Part shown: positions 42,507 through 57,996 of the stretch, piece by piece | Position numbering within the stretch: the stretch's first letter is position 1 | Layout: each line of letters begins with the position of its first letter | Assembly (NCBI RefSeq): GCF_009914755.1 | Contig: NC_060929.1 | Direction: 5' to 3' (one strand) | Length of the DNA stretch: 64,000 bases | Source: the human T2T-CHM13v2.0 reference genome, Homo sapiens | Position numbers and translations under genes: made by a program | Notes under the pieces: generated by a model | The model's input: only the letters and a program-made list of their open reading frames with translations | Told to the model about the DNA's origin: nothing | Database searches by the model: none

Positions 42507-44991
42507 TATTTGAGTTTTTTAAAAACCTTGAGAATTGCTTTTGTTTTTTTACTACTTAATGACCTCTGTGCAAATTCATTTCATAGGTTGAGGCTCTGAG
42601 CAGCAGGACATTTTCTAATCATGTTTTGCCATAGTTAAAAGGTAGATAGCCATGACTGCTGGATTAAAACACCTAGGTCTGTGAACTTTGCGGCTAATGT
42701 TTTTTCGGAATTCCACAGAGAACCCAGAAAAGGATATTAATTTTAAGTGAATAAGTACAATTTTACTCACAGTCTGGGGAATATTATAAGATTACAAGTA
42801 TAGCTAATTTCAAGAATTTTATGAGCTTTCGTAGAATACATACTCAAGGGTAAAACCTCAAAAAATTTGCATGCATGTAATTAAACAGCAAATAAGCCAC
42901 AGCAGAGAGCAGTGGTACAATCTGCAAATCTGTCCTTAAAATTTGCATTGAATGCTCTCCTTACGATTCAGTGGGATACATGTTTTTTGCTGCCTCTGCT
43001 TTTGGGTTTCTGTATAGTCAAGGGTGAGTCACAAAACAGTTTTGATCACTGGTAGGAGGGATTTTTGAAGGGGGTGAGAAACCTAGAAAGTAAAATCTTG
43101 GAAACCAACGAAATGCCCTTGTGTTTTATTAGCTAGCACTTTTTATAGTTCACAATAAAGTCAGCTCGGAAGGTCACTTCTTGAACACAGCTATGAATAT
43201 TGTAATGTGTGAGTTTTCAAATTGTTTATAAGCAGACTGGGTGAGGATTTTTAATAAATACTTGGCCAAGAGAACTATTCTGATAGATACGTATGGGAAT
43301 CGTGCAATGAAAATTGGAATTGGATTCCTCTCCTTTCCCCCTACTTTTTCCTCACCCCAAGGCAGCAAGTTCCAACTACATTGAAAATGTGGTTACTATA
43401 TTCTTGTTTTTCTTTTTGCATTTGATATTTTTAGAAAATGTGGGGGTATTACAGAGCTATTTACATACCTTATTTCTAACTCAGCTGAAGGATTTTGTCA
43501 CCTTTATTCCTGGCACCTTTATTCTTGCCATCTTATATATATATTTTAAAGTTTCTCTGTGGTAAACACAAGGTTCCCACAGATAAAATTCTCACCTGAA
43601 TGACTTTCTTTTTCAGCTCAAAAATTAAGGTGTAATTATTGGACGCAATACCAAGTAGGTTCATGTAGGTAGGGCAATGGGAAAACGTCAGTGAGAGACA
43701 GAAGTTAAAAAGCAGAAAGCCCATAGGTTTGCTGGAATAATTTTCTCCATGTCACATCCTGGACAGACAAGTGTTTGATCAAAAGGACAAGATGCAGGTT
43801 AGTAATATCTGCAGAAACAGCATTAAAGTTAGAGTCAATAGTATATTGTGATGATGCACATCTATAATTCACATCCCTTTATTCGTGCTATTTTTTGGAG
43901 AAAGTTCACTTCGTAAAACAATGCGATTCACATCAATAAAACTGAACTAATATACAACATTGCTGATGTACAGATATTCTTCTACTTGATTTATGAAACA
44001 AGGTGACTAGGATAAAGCAGTTTGGCTCAAGTTCAGTTTTTAGCCATTTCAATTTCATTTCTCAAGCTGTGATTTGGGCTGTGTGCTGTTGCTTACGTTT
44101 ATCTTCCTTAGTTATGAAGTTAATTATGACAAGCTGATTGTGGTCTTTAGCACTGATGAGTGGCCTTTGAAAGATTTGTTGGCAATTTTGCTTGATATTT
44201 CTTTTTGTTGAACATGCATTTTAAAAATATGAGAGCCAGCTAGTCAGTTTCAGTTTATTTTATAGTAATTTTGTACAGTCGCTTCCCATCTTTTATATGA
44301 AAATATATTACAGAATTTTTGTTCCTAATGCTGAAGAGAGATGACAATGAAACTTTTACAGTGGGATCATTTGAAAGTAGGTAAGCATATCAACATAAGT
44401 AACTTAACCGTATTACCCTGAGTAACATTGATATTCATTACAGAAAGCATTTTTGTTTTTAGCAAATGTAAGTAGACACACTGTCAACACCTAACTGTCA
44501 TTCAACATGTGTGACTCAATAAATTTTTTAGGGGAGGTGGAGTATGGTATTCAGATTCTCAAGAAATACTAATGCTGCACATAAAATTCTTATATCATGT
44601 TGTAGAACCCAGAGATTTTTTATTTTTCCCACTTTAAAACAAGTATTTAAAGATATAAGAAGAAAATCTTTTGGATGAAATATTTTTCTTGTGTATTCTG
44701 AAGGAAACACCCATCTTTCTGACCATAAATGTACCTTAATTTTTCTAACTCCTCAAGATAATAATGCAAATAGTTGTTTGCCTACAACTAAGACTAGCCC
44801 TTTGGTATAATGCTCTATATCAGAGTATAGCATGTACGGGCTTGAGGCATGATAGATTCGCTTATACATGTTAGAATGAGATGATAAACTAATTCATTGT
44901 CCTGCATTGGTATCCCAATATTGTACTCCTTCCAATGGTCAGTAACAAAAGATAGCTAAGAGAAAAATAGGTGTACATGTGAAATTATTTT

Positions 44992-45335
<344 letters not shown>

Positions 45336-46380
45336 TTATTATTATTTTCCTCCAATTGGTTTTTCCAAGAGACTCTATCTGTGTCGACAATTTCCGAGTC
45401 TCTTTGAGGCTCAAAGTCATGAGTGGGTTACCCTACTTCACTTGATTTGAAGCCCTAGTCCCAGAAATTCTCAGCTACAGTGAGGATTAGTACTCTTCTA
45501 AGATGCCGGGCATTTGTGTTGGTGGTTTTTTGTTACAAATGAAAGTGCTTTAGTATTTCTTGGTTTGTGGGCCAAGCTGTATTTCCTTATGAGTAAAGAA
45601 CAAACCTACACACATATAACAATGTTTTTAAGATAGGTTGAGGGGGTACATTAAACAATCAGTTTTTCATAGACAGTCTTTGCATTCAGGTACCCAGCTG
45701 CAATTTGAAATCAAATAACAATTTAATTTTGCTTTTCATACTTTCCATTCCTGAAATGTCACCACAGACTGTATTTTATTTGAAACAAGCAGAGATATTA
45801 CTATGCATAGTAGTTCTTTAATTGCAGCATATTTCATTAGGTTGCACACATTAATTACACTCTATTGGAAAAAAAAAAGAAAACTGGAAGCAACCACATG
45901 GTAGTTAACTTCATATGAATTTTCATGAGTCAATATACACATTGGTTTGATGCTATTAGATGAGTGATCCTCGAAATTTCATAATTCGAGGACTAATATG
46001 ACCAAATGTGTAATTACAGAGTTGGCAAGTTTAACCACTCTGAAGAACATGTTTTAGTGCATCTGCTTATTTAAAACTTTAATCTAAATTCAGATTATTT
46101 GATGTTAGCCACTGACAATGATGTCGTTCATCACCATTTTCTATGTTACCTCAACTTTCTTCTATTCTTGATAGTATTTTCACAGTCTCCTATCTGTTGG
46201 TCAGGTTATACATATTTGTTTAATCAGTGACCATATATTGAGAGATGACAAATGCTGTTATTGAAGCTCAGGATACAATAGCGAAGGAGAAAAGAAGCCT
46301 GCCTTCGCAGGGCTTGTATTCAAAGTGGGAAAAGGGGAGACAGAGATTATGCCAGCAAGCACATGATGAATTGATGATAG

Positions 46381-46684
46381 TTTTATTTTTATTTATTTAA
46401 GACACAGTTTCACTCTGTCACCTAGGCTGGAGTGCAGTGGCACTATCTTGGCTCACTGGAACCTCTGCCGCCTCCCGGGTTCAAGCGAGTCTCGTGCCTC
46501 AGTCTCCCCTGTAGCTGGGATTACAGGCACCTGCCACCACGCCCAGATAATTTTTGTATTATTAGTAGAGATGGGCTTTCACCATGTTGACGAGGCTGGT
46601 CTCAAACTCCTGACCTCAGGTGATCCACCTGCCTCTGCCTCCCAAAGTGCTGGGTTTACAGGCATGAGCCACTGCATCTGGCCA
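46381..46684 (-). mobile_element. AluS inserted in an L2
   Basis: Antisense Alu; L2-like flanks at about 46220-46380 and 46690-47000. Confidence 0.92.
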
Positions 46685-48189
46685 GATAATAGGATAGTGG
46701 CAAGTCCTGCAAAGAAAGTTAAACAAGCTGAAAATGAGGTATTGACTTGAAAGGAAGATCAGTTTTGGGTATGATCATTCAGAAGGCTCTCTGAGAATCA
46801 CACATTTACCTGACACCAGCCTGGGGAAAGTCTGGGAGGAGGAATTCTAGGCCAAGAGAAAAGCAAGTGCCAGGGCCCTGAGACGGGGTCCAGCTTGGAG
46901 GTTTGTTTTAAGGATCAGAAAAAAAGCCAGTGGCTGGATCACATAAATAAATTTGGAAAGAGATGAAGCTCAACAGGTAGGTGAGGACCACGCTATTTCA
47001 GGCTATATTTCTTGTTTATTGTGCCTCATTGGTTTTGTTTTAAATAATTGTTTCACATTTCCAATACAGCTTACTTATAAATTATCCTCTTCAAAATCTT
47101 GGCTTTTCTACTTTGTCACCCAATACAACAATTATCACATTAAATTATGTAATACTAATTTCTTCTCTGCTTAAGTTATATCGTGGATTCTTAAATTATA
47201 TCAATATTTGTTTTGAATTCTTACTATATTCTATTGAGATGCAAATACTCCCCTCACCCCTCCCCAGAATTGAGACGTCCTTTCATGAAGTTTTCCTTCT
47301 CCTACCTGTTATTTTGTATCTTTGAGTAAGAAGAACCAAATGACGTTGGTGTTTATTTTCCTGTGGCACTGAATCTGGGATATTATAGTTGTCTGCGTAA
47401 TCATTTGAATTTGCTTTTAGCTGTCCTGCTTTCCAAGGGCCTTATCCTGTTAAACATTCACCTTCTCAAATTCTTTTTTATTTCCTGCTTCTCTTTCTAA
47501 CCTCCAAAGACTTCTTATGATCTCTTACCAGTTTTTGCCTTTCCCATTAACTTAATATTACCTGTAGGTTTCATTAACTTGTTATTTCTCTGGCCTAGAT
47601 CGTTAGTGAAGGTGTTAAGTGAGACTTGGCAAACCCTCCCACACCGAATATATTTTGCCATTTAAATTCTACTTTGCTTTGGGATCCTCAATCCCATTTT
47701 CAACAAACTATCTCTCCTTTGATCTGAATTTGGCTTGGAAACCAGAATTTGTGAATCCTTAGTTTCTATTACAAGAAGATTGGGTGCATAATGAATAAAT
47801 GTAAAGATTTATTGCTTTCCTCAGTTCTGACAAGGACATTTCACATTGTATTTTGAGGAAGATTTTAACTGAGCACTTCATAAACTTGCTATTTTTCATT
47901 TTTTGGAAAACAGGACTCCAATATCATTGTGCAGCAAGCTTGAAGCTATGTTATGGTAATTTGACTTCTGGAGGCACTTAGGTAATCATTTCAGGAGAAA
48001 ATTTTTCTTAACTGATCTCAGGTCCTATAAATCACTTCTGTTTATTGCTGTTGTTTCCACTAAGTTCTATGATTTGGAGATTTTTGTTTCTTAACTTCTT
48101 TGTTTAGACACTTGTTCAAATATATCCAAAAATAAAAACAACGTGGATTCGTTGCTGGCTATTTTCACTTTGTTACTACAGAGAGAGTT

Positions 48190-49385
48190 ATACTGGGACC
48201 CTCTTTCTGTTCCTTTTCTGTCTCAGACCCTAATTCCTTCCATTCTGTCACAGGGTCCTAGCCCAACCATGTAAAACTTGCAGAAGGAGTGCCTGGAACT
48301 GCTTTTGCCACCCCAAGATGACCACTTACCTCCTTCCTATAACAGAGGCAAGAGAGGCAAAGAGAGGAACCGTAAAGGGAAAGTGACATTTCTTGGAAAG
48401 AGGTACAGGCACTTGTGAAGGGGCAAAGAAGGGGCCTGTCACCTTGGTCCCTTGAGTAAGTCTTCAGAGAGTGACTCAGGTCTCCTGCAGTCTCTTAGGC
48501 ACAGAGGGTTCAAGACCCACTCCCACTTCCAAAGAATATAAGATGAGACAACACGGCTAGGGGTAGGAGAAAGGAGAGGGACTGCTTAGGAATGGCCTAT
48601 GCTTCCGCATTCCACTGAAGGAAACGATGTGCTTTCTCTGCCCACTTTGTGGGAGAACCTTTCCCAAAGGAGACCTCCTGGAAGGCAGAACAGGTACAGG
48701 AGAAAGAGACTGGAGATGTCTGTGGGATGAAGACTGAGGGACCTTCTTAGTTTCAGTCAGTAGACACATTGGCTTTCCTCATGGGATCTGCAGTTGAGAA
48801 GTCCTCATAATGGCAAAGGGCGCAGGAGAAAATCTTTGAACAGTCAGTCATGAAACATCTTCCGTGACCAAAGGACTCCATGGCTAGGTTGCATCAGTGC
48901 TAGTCACACGAGGTCTTTTGTAACCTATATCTGTTATACCTTCTCTGCTTCCTTGCTGCAATCCTGGAAGCATCAGAAACCAGGGCAACAGAGCTGGGAA
49001 CAGAGGAAGGGGAGAAATGTAAAACAATAAACTGAGATACGGAGGACCACGACTGTCCTCTATGACCAGGGATTGTAGGCTTGAAGCAGGGTTGAGGGAG
49101 GAGAGATGTAATCATTTAACTTTAAATGAACTGTGGAGTTGTTTAAATTAATATCTTGGAGTGAACATTTTAATTATTGAACAAGAGCATTTTTGTTAAC
49201 TAAAAGTCATTTAAAGACTTTTCTTATCTGAGAATGATTAGAAAAGTTAGAGTTAGGCTAGATTCTCCCTAAATGGCAGAAAATAGCCATCCCCACAAGA
49301 ACGGTCTTGTGGCCAATAGGAGCAGTGGCCAAGACTAGTTTCTTTTCACCTTATACCTGTGTAATTCCGTTCTTTCAACTTAACA
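48190..49385. mobile_element. Possible ancient LTR (LTR78-like)
   Basis: About 1.2 kb GC-elevated purine-rich block with an AT-rich distal part resembling LTR78; family call uncertain. Confidence 0.3.
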
Positions 49386-49574
49386 CTTACCTCTTTGCTT
49401 TTAGAGATTATTAAGAATATAAAGTCAGTGATGAGACTTTCTTTCAGTGAAACAGCTTGGAATCTCCTTGGACTCGGTTTACTCAGTTTTTATTTGAGAT
49501 TTGCTTTTTATCTCTTGTAGTTTTTGGAAATGAAGCCCAAATTTGGCTGCAAAGAAATTCAGTAAGAAATGTAA

Positions 49575-49960
49575 ACATCAAGAGAAGGTGACAGGATGAT
49601 GAAGCATCTGAGATCCTTGCCAACTGAGGAACAGATATAGGGGCAAGGGGCATATTTAGCTTGTAAAATAAAAGATGTAAAGAGAATTTGGTGCCAATCT
49701 TTATATATTGTGGGAGAAAGACTCTATTTAATTCTGTATGTCTTCATCGAATCAAACCAGAAGCATTCTAGGAAGGGAGATTATACACTAACCTAAATTA
49801 CAACTTTAACATGTTCAGAGCTGTTTTTAAACACTGGAGCTGGGTGTTCCTGTGAGAGTGAGCTGCTATCTCCAGATGTTTGCAAGCAGACAAAGACTGA
49901 CTGGCTCAATGCAAGATATGCTGGCACAGACCCCCGCACTGGGGAGATTCTTGGATTTCA
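49575..49960 (+). mobile_element. L3/CR1 3' fragment
   Basis: gagaaggtgacaggatgatg...tgaggaacag...tatttagcttg...gtgagctgc...gtttgcaagcaga. Confidence 0.6.
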
Positions 49961-50893
49961 TAACCTCAGGATTTCTTGCAGTGACCTAGGGCAGAATCTG
50001 CAGAGAATCTCAGTGCAACGTTTCTAGGTATTGATAGGGTGTCCTCGAAGGCGCACTGGCCAGGAAACTTGGACTATCATACCTCTGATATTAGCATTGT
50101 AATTTGCAGATTAGGCATCTATGCTCATAGAAATAGTTCCAGTGGTAACATATTTGTTCACCTGAGGCCAATGTGGCCTCTGCTCATACTGCAATTGTAT
50201 AGTCATATTTTGCTTTCCTTTCTGGTTGTGGTAGCAGATGCAAATGTCAATTAACAAAAAAAAATGTTGCAGTGACATCAGACTTTGATTGGGTGCTACC
50301 AAAAACACCTGTGCACCTATGACATATGAAGCCTTACATAAGTGTTAGCATTGGTTTCACTTTAAAGATGTATTTTTTTTTCAAACTTACAACTATAACT
50401 AAAATAACTAAAGGTTCTGAAATGGATTTTTTGTACCTTGAGTATAGAATAAATAAGTTAATCTTTTATTATCGTAAATGAAGAAAGAAAAAAAAGCACA
50501 GGAGTTCACCTCCTTAGCTAATGTTCCACAAATATACATTCTGAGAGGAGTTATGTTTGAAGACATGGCTGCATTGTGGGGCTTAGTCCTCAAATTAAGA
50601 CTCAAATAATCTTCTGTTTCTGGTATTTACAATAGGCTTGTATCTGTCTGCATAGAGACACAGCCTTCTGTCTGGCAGCAGAAATAGGATTTGTAAGGTT
50701 CATTTACTCATATAAGTAAATATAAGTATTTCCAAACATGCTGTTATTTTCACTATATCAAAAATCAAATCTCCTCATCTTGTACTTCTATCTAGCTAAT
50801 GCCCTATTTCTGTGCTCTGCTTTACAACAAAACTTTCTAGGAATGGTGTTCCTGACCCTAGTATCACAAGTTGATTGCTGTTTACAATTTCAG

Positions 50894-51029
50894 TGTAGTG
50901 CTCAGACCTACAAGGCCAAGGAGTTGTTGTCCCGGAAGAAGCAAACCTTGATGTAAATCTTGAATTTGAAGTTAACAATTGAGGCAGTCTTTAAATGGGT
51001 TGAAAGAAGGCTGACGATAAAGTCCCCAG
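50894..51029 (+). other. Candidate non-coding exon (136 nt)
   Basis: tgtttacaatttcag acceptor, strong CAG|gtgagc donor, gaagaa ESE-like motifs; all frames closed. Confidence 0.25.
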
Positions 51030-54000
51030 GTGAGCTGTGTGGCCTTGTAAGTCTAAGCACTAAACTGAAATAGTAAACAGCAATCAAATCATGATACTAG
51101 GTCAGGAACACAGAAGCCAATCAAAGACTTAGCAGAAAAGAGGTGACATTCCAGAGTTCCTGTGAGATGACAAACTTGCAGATACCTAAGAGTGCTATTT
51201 GAGACCTTGAATACCTATTCGTCACTTATGGACCTCATGTCTGAATCTGGTTTTGAAAAAAACCCTTCTTTTTCAACAGCTATTCTTCTTTGGAGAGGTC
51301 TAAATGAATTACCATGCAAAGGGAAAAATATATTTCCATACACTGTATTTTATAAATTCTAAACATATATATAATATTTTCCCCACTTATTAATTTTGTT
51401 TTACTGCCGTTAGAAGTCTATGCATACATTGAGCTTTAATGAATCTTTGAAATAATTTATTGATGATCTGGAATTTTCTCACAGCAGAGCCAACTAGAAC
51501 TATACTCCTGCAGTTTTATGGAAGTAAATTGTGTCTGTATATCATAAGCCTATTAAGAGAATCGTGAGATCCTGCTGTTAATAGCTGTGAAGAGAATTAT
51601 TTATCAATATGGTGGTCAGTTTTGAATGGCCCTTAGGTTACTAGATACCAATAAGGTTCATTCATTTTTCCTTGACACATCAGATGTTTGCTGAAAAGGG
51701 AGCAGAATACAATAAACTAAGGGCCACATGTATGCAGGTGATAAATCACGTAAACCTTAGGCATTGCCTTAGCCATTGGCATTCAAGTTGTGACATACAG
51801 TGTTTACTGAATCCTTTCCCTGGTTGTATTCAACACTTTCCAGGTACTACACAGTAATATGGATGCAGCTATGGATCTCTTTAGAGGTATAGAAATAATA
51901 CCTAAGGAATGTCACAGGTAATACCTTTGATAGAGAAGATTCCCTCCACAGGCCGTAATTTACGCAACCAGCACTAACTAAAGGTCTCAGATATCCACAG
52001 CTACTACCAATGCTTAGAGAAGCAGAGTTCCTGAAACAGATTCTGCTACTCTCCTCTGGACTTGAGCCAGGGAACCCTGCATATGTTGATTCCCTTGACT
52101 ATGAGCACCATTCGTCTTCACCCTGACCACGAAGTGTCCAATTACCTAATAGGCAAACTGTGAAGTGTCCAGAGTCCTAGGAAAGCAGAAACATCAAAAT
52201 GTTGTGAACAATTTAGCTTTAATAAAAGAGTCTTGAATTTTTTAACCAAAAAGAAAATCTAGGGGACAAAATCCATTTTAATTTCAGCACATGCATGAAA
52301 TTATGCATTTATGATTTTGTATTTTGGTTCTTTTAAAAAATTACAAACGAAAGAAGTACCATATTCTTTTCAGGTTTTAGGGCCTCTAAGTAAGAGTCTT
52401 TAGCTGACTTTGTTCTTCACTGAAATGGAAGCAAACCTCCCCCCTCCAAAAGGGCACAAGTGGTCCATGCTGTGTGCTGGCCTAGCAGTCTCTTTGTCAC
52501 CCAGAAGGTAATTAGTCTGAGCCCAAAAGGATGACTGGATTCCCCTTATGTGTGTGTGAGCTTGCAGCAAGGGAAATGTTATTAATGGTCATAAAATTAT
52601 CTGATCCCTTTTTAACCCCAGCCTTAGCATTTGTCTGTCTGACCTCCTGTGGAAGTTATTCCCACAGGCTGACCAATGTGCTGGGGGAGAATGAATTCAT
52701 CTTTATTGGTTTGAAATTTATTACCCGTTAATTTCCTTGATCAAAGGGAATAAAAGATCAAAGAAAGGGTAGCCCATTACATGAAGATACAAATCATTAT
52801 TACTTCTTTAATATTTTTGACATTAACATTAATCACTATGAATTATAGTAGTGTTCCTTTCGATGTAATATGCAACTTCAAACACATTTCATTTTAACAC
52901 CACCTTATTGCTCACCACGTTATTTAAGCAAGTTTTCTTTTTGCACAGTTTTTTCCTCATTTGCAACCAAAAGGAGAGGGAAGTAGCATCACGTTTGTAT
53001 CTCTGGAGGTTTTGATCACACAGCTGTGTACCTGTATCTCCTTCTGCAGCAAAATACTTAATATTTAATAGACGTGACTGAACTATGTTCTTTCTTCAAT
53101 AAACTACATTGACTTGAAAGGTATATAAATATTCAGGATGTGTGGAATCAAAGAAGAATTTGATATTTTGGGGGGAAACTTAGAACCACGAATTATAATA
53201 TGATTGTGTACTTGATTCAAAAATGTGTGGGAAAAGATAGAGAGATACCTTTGATGTGTCTATAAAGACATACATTTCCTAGCCAAATGACTGTTTTCCA
53301 AGACAGTTTTGAGGAGTTTTTCTAGAGCTAAGTATGAAAAGATTCAGTTATAGAAATACTTTTTGGAAGATGGCTGGAAGCAATTTGTTATGCCTTTCTA
53401 CTTATATCTCTGGTTATTTACAACAAATAGGATTTTTCTTTCGGTAGGTCAATTGTTTAGTCAGATTCATCCTTATTTTTGAATGTTAGCCTGTATGGTC
53501 AGATATGACCTCGGAACAAAGTAGATGATTGAAAGCTAAAGAGATTTTAGGGATTATCTTGTTTACCTCACTTTCCAGATGGGATGCTTAGACCCAGCAG
53601 AGATAAAGGACTTGTCCAAGGACTTCCAGTTGGCCAGTGACACCACAGTCTCTGGAACGATACATTCCTGACTTCTAATTTATTGATCTCCAAAATAAAT
53701 TTGTTCTGTGGCTAAATTGCTTCTATGTCATTCTGATTATTATTTTTTAGATAATTGAAGTTACCTGTTCATTTGCTTAAGCTTAAAACAAAAGGTTTTA
53801 TCCAGTGTCTAGTTTAGCTCAACAATCGTTTATGAAGCACCTACTGCGTGGTAAGCCCTATGATAGGTACTGGAAGTAACAAAATGACTGAAAAGATAGC
53901 TTTTTATTTCAAAGTTTTGTGAGGTAGACAGACTTGTATAAAGATAAAATTATGGTATAAAGTGTAAATGCTAAAATCAACATGCAATTTGCAGATACAG

Positions 54001-54371
54001 TCAAAGAAAGGAATGTTTATTTCTGTCGGGGAAAGACCAAAAACTGTTTCAAGGAGGAGGTAATTTATATGTGTGTGGGGTGTTGAAGAGAAAATAGATG
54101 TTTTATTGGCAAGAAAGAGCATTTAAGGTGAAAAAATAAAAATTGGGTGTGCAGATACCCAGAGATGTGAAAAAGTGCATCATGCTCGGGATACCTAATT
54201 GTGTGAGAGACCTGGAAATGGTGGGGCAAGTGTTGAGAGACAGAGCTGAAGAGGAAAGTGGTGGACGAATTTTACATAGTCTAGCTAAAGATATTGGCAG
54301 TGGGAAGACAGTGAAGGGTTTATGCAGATGTAAAGCATTATCTGATTTGTGTTTTAGAAATACTGTTCTAA

Positions 54372-54752
<381 letters not shown>

Positions 54753-55844
54753 TCATTAGAAAAGGCAGGCATGAGACTGGCAGACAGAAGACATAGGCTA
54801 TCTGATCAGCCCAGTCAAAAGTGGCAAGTGCCCGCACTGTGACTAAGTAAGATGGTGTATTAGAGAGAATCTGGCAGATTGAGGAGCTATTTAGGAGAGG
54901 AACAAAGGAAAAATACTGTCAGGGAGATTGAAGTATCAAGTATGATGGCTCCAGCATCTTGACTTATATGAATGGTGTGAAGACGAAAAGTGACTTTGCG
55001 GAGGAAAAAAATGTTAAGAACACAATGTGTTCAGTTTTTAATATGTTAAGTGTAGGTTACAGCATGCATCTATGTGGTCATTGTGTCCAAAACTCAATGA
55101 AATATGCAGCTCCAGTGTTCAGATGAGAAATATGGGTTAGCAATCCAGGTTAAGAACCCATCAGGGTGTCCAATGTTGTTTAAGACCATGAGAGATTGTG
55201 GCCATCTGAGATCACATAGAGAGTTAGCAGAAAATAATGACACAGGTAGACCACTGAGTGACACCAATATGTCTCAGGCACATAAAGGAAGAGCCACTGG
55301 TGTAGAAGCCTGCTAAGGAATGGAGAACCAGCGGGGCTCATATTTCCGAGGACAAGAGTGTAATGTTTCAACAGGTGGGCACTAGAGCCAGAAGACTCAA
55401 GCCACAGGAAGATGAGTTCTGAAAAGGATCCATTTGCTTTGTCTATTAGTAAAATATAAGTGACTTTGACAGAAGCAGTTTTTGGAATGCTTGTGCAGAT
55501 ACTTATTGCAGCAGCAAGAGAGAAGTTAGGCAAAACCGAGTGTGGACAACTCTTCCAGCTTGAAGAGATGGTGTCCAGAGAAAATGGAGGGAGCAAGGAA
55601 TAGGTTTGAGGAGGGAGTGTAGATTTGAGCACTTTCAGAAGCTGATGGGGAAGAGAACACTAGAATGGAGAGACTGGACCTAGAGATGAGGGGGCATAAT
55701 TAAAGGATAAAGTTCTGGGATGAAAGTGATCAACAGCACAGATGCAAGCCTGCATTTGACAAGGAAGAAGAAGAGGAGGATACCATGGGTATGGACTTAT
55801 TTGGTGGGGAAGAAGGGAGATGGTGTTTCCTCCAAAACTGTATT

Positions 55845-56055
55845 ATTCTGAATCTAAATTCCGGACTTATTAGCTATCTATGTGTACTGGGACAAATTTT
55901 ATTATCTCACTGTTCTTCAGTTTCCTTATCTGTAAAATCATGACATTAATCACCTAAACACCATTCTTGAGCCATATAAATTAAATGAGATGGTGTCTGT
56001 AAAACACTCCATTTAGTACCTAGTACATTCTAAGTGTTCATAAATGCTGGCTGTC
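55845..56055 (+). mobile_element. MIR
   Basis: ttcagtttccttatctgtaaaat...ttaaatgagat...aagtgttcataaatg. Confidence 0.75.
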
Positions 56056-57326
56056 AGTAAGGGCTGGCTGAAGGGCCCTTCCATTCCTATCCTCTACCTG
56101 ATTTTTAAATTCTCTTCTGCAGGTGCAGCTCCTCTCCATTCCCTCTTCTCTCTCCTTCACCTTGCAGCCCTGCCCTGGCACCTTCCTCAGCTAGTCCTGT
56201 GATGGCTATTTAGAGTTAAGCATCAATTTCTTATGAGTGGCATCATGTTCTCCCATGCTTAACTCTGTACATAGTTTCAAGGAAAAGCACAGCTAGTCTA
56301 TCATTATCAAGCTGTCACTTTTTATCCAGTTTATTCACTCAACTGGTTTGCATTAAGCAACTCTAGGGGAGGCAGAGGATGTATTCCAGTGCTAAGATGG
56401 GCCTGCCCATCCTTGGGAAGCATAGAGAATGCTGCATTTGGAAGCAAACCAACGGGTTATTCACTCAGACACTGAGCTCTGAACATAGGGAGTCCAATCT
56501 GCACTTTACGAGATTGAGGGTTGCTTGCTTCTTCATTTGTACCTGAGGAGAATTAGTAATGTCAGAGGGAAGCGTGGAAAGAGTAAAACATACTCATTTT
56601 CTCTGATTAGTTTCTCCTAGAGAGATAGATCAATTGCCTTCTACATGAGGCTCCACTATGTTTCTTAGTTCCAGTCACAAAATTTGTCAAGATTCCTGAA
56701 AACATACTGATATAGCCACTTACTGTCTTGCTTTCAAGTACACAGAGCAAGAAGTTAACAAATTAAGAACTCACGGGAAAAAAAAGGTACTGTGGTTACC
56801 TTCCAAATCACAGTTATGTGGAAAATAACTCTGTGTGGACGTCTCTCACCTCTCCTCCTGCCCATACCCACTCACACAAACACTCTCAGAGATGTAATGG
56901 GATTTTTTCCCCCAAATATTTCGTTTATTTCCATGTTGGAAAAAAAAAGCCTGTGATTTATTAGTCCATTTAAAACCCATTAAAGATCTACTTGCTTTGA
57001 TTAAATGGCACCATTTTAAAGGTTAATCAGTGTCATTTTTTATATTTAAAACTTAAAGGTACAGTGCTTTTTACTTACTGAAAATTACCATCCAAAAATG
57101 GAACGGGAACAGTCGTTGAAATGCGTGCCTACTTAAAATGTGGAATAAACACAGTGTGAATCATTTATTGGTCAGGTTCTATGGGTTAGTACACTACTAA
57201 TAAAATACATTTTCTCACTACCAGCAACCACAAGGTCAGTGTGAGTGTCTCCACTTACAGTTTTCTCCATGCATCTCTCTACCAAGCAGGCTGAAGTGTG
57301 CTCTTTTCTCTGTCCTTTCATTTCTA

Positions 57327-57664
57327 TTTTAAAATTTATTTATTATACTTTAAGTTCTGGGATACATGTGGAGAACATCCAGGTTCGTTACATAGGTATC
57401 CATGTGCCATGGTGGTTTGCTGCACCCATCAACCCATCATCTAGGTTTTAAGCCCTGTATGCGTTAGGTATTTGTCCTAATGCTCTCCCTCCCTTAGCCC
57501 CCCACCCCCCGACAGGCCCTGGTGTGTGATGTTCCCCTCCCTGTGTCCATGTGTTCTCATTGTTCACCTCCCACTTAGGAGTGAGAACATGCACTGTTTG
57601 GTTTCTGTTCCTGTGTTAGTTTGCTGAGGATGATGGCTTCCAGCTTCATCCATGTCCCTGCAAA
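57327..57664 (-). mobile_element. 5'-truncated L1PA (about PA7/PA8) 3' UTR with 16-bp TSD
   Basis: ttattatactttaagttctgggatacatgtg...atctaggttttaagccc...; TSD tgtcctttSatttcta at 57311-57326 and 57665-57680. Confidence 0.95.
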
Positions 57665-57996
57665 TGTCCTTTGATTTCTAACAAACTATCAGTAGACCTC
57701 TTACCACCAAACAGGAAAGCTGCTTCAAACTAATGGAGAAATACTTGTTTTTATTTATGTATGCTTTATTACCACTTGTTGTTTCTCTTTTGTACTTTCT
57801 TAATTTCATATTACATTTAATATCTGAATATTCTTCTTACAAGTAATACTGAAAAATCACAGATGAAGCTAAAGTCATCTCTGACCTTCATCCCTTTCCT
57901 GGATTCCTTTTCAGCTTTTCTACACTGCTTGGTGTCCATGTAATCATTTTGTTTTTAACATAAAAGCAAAGTAATCATCTGTACCTTGCATTACTC

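Noticed and set aside
44153-44172. ctgatgag...gaaa hammerhead-like core
   Set aside because: Stem II cannot form and I found no stem I/III pairing
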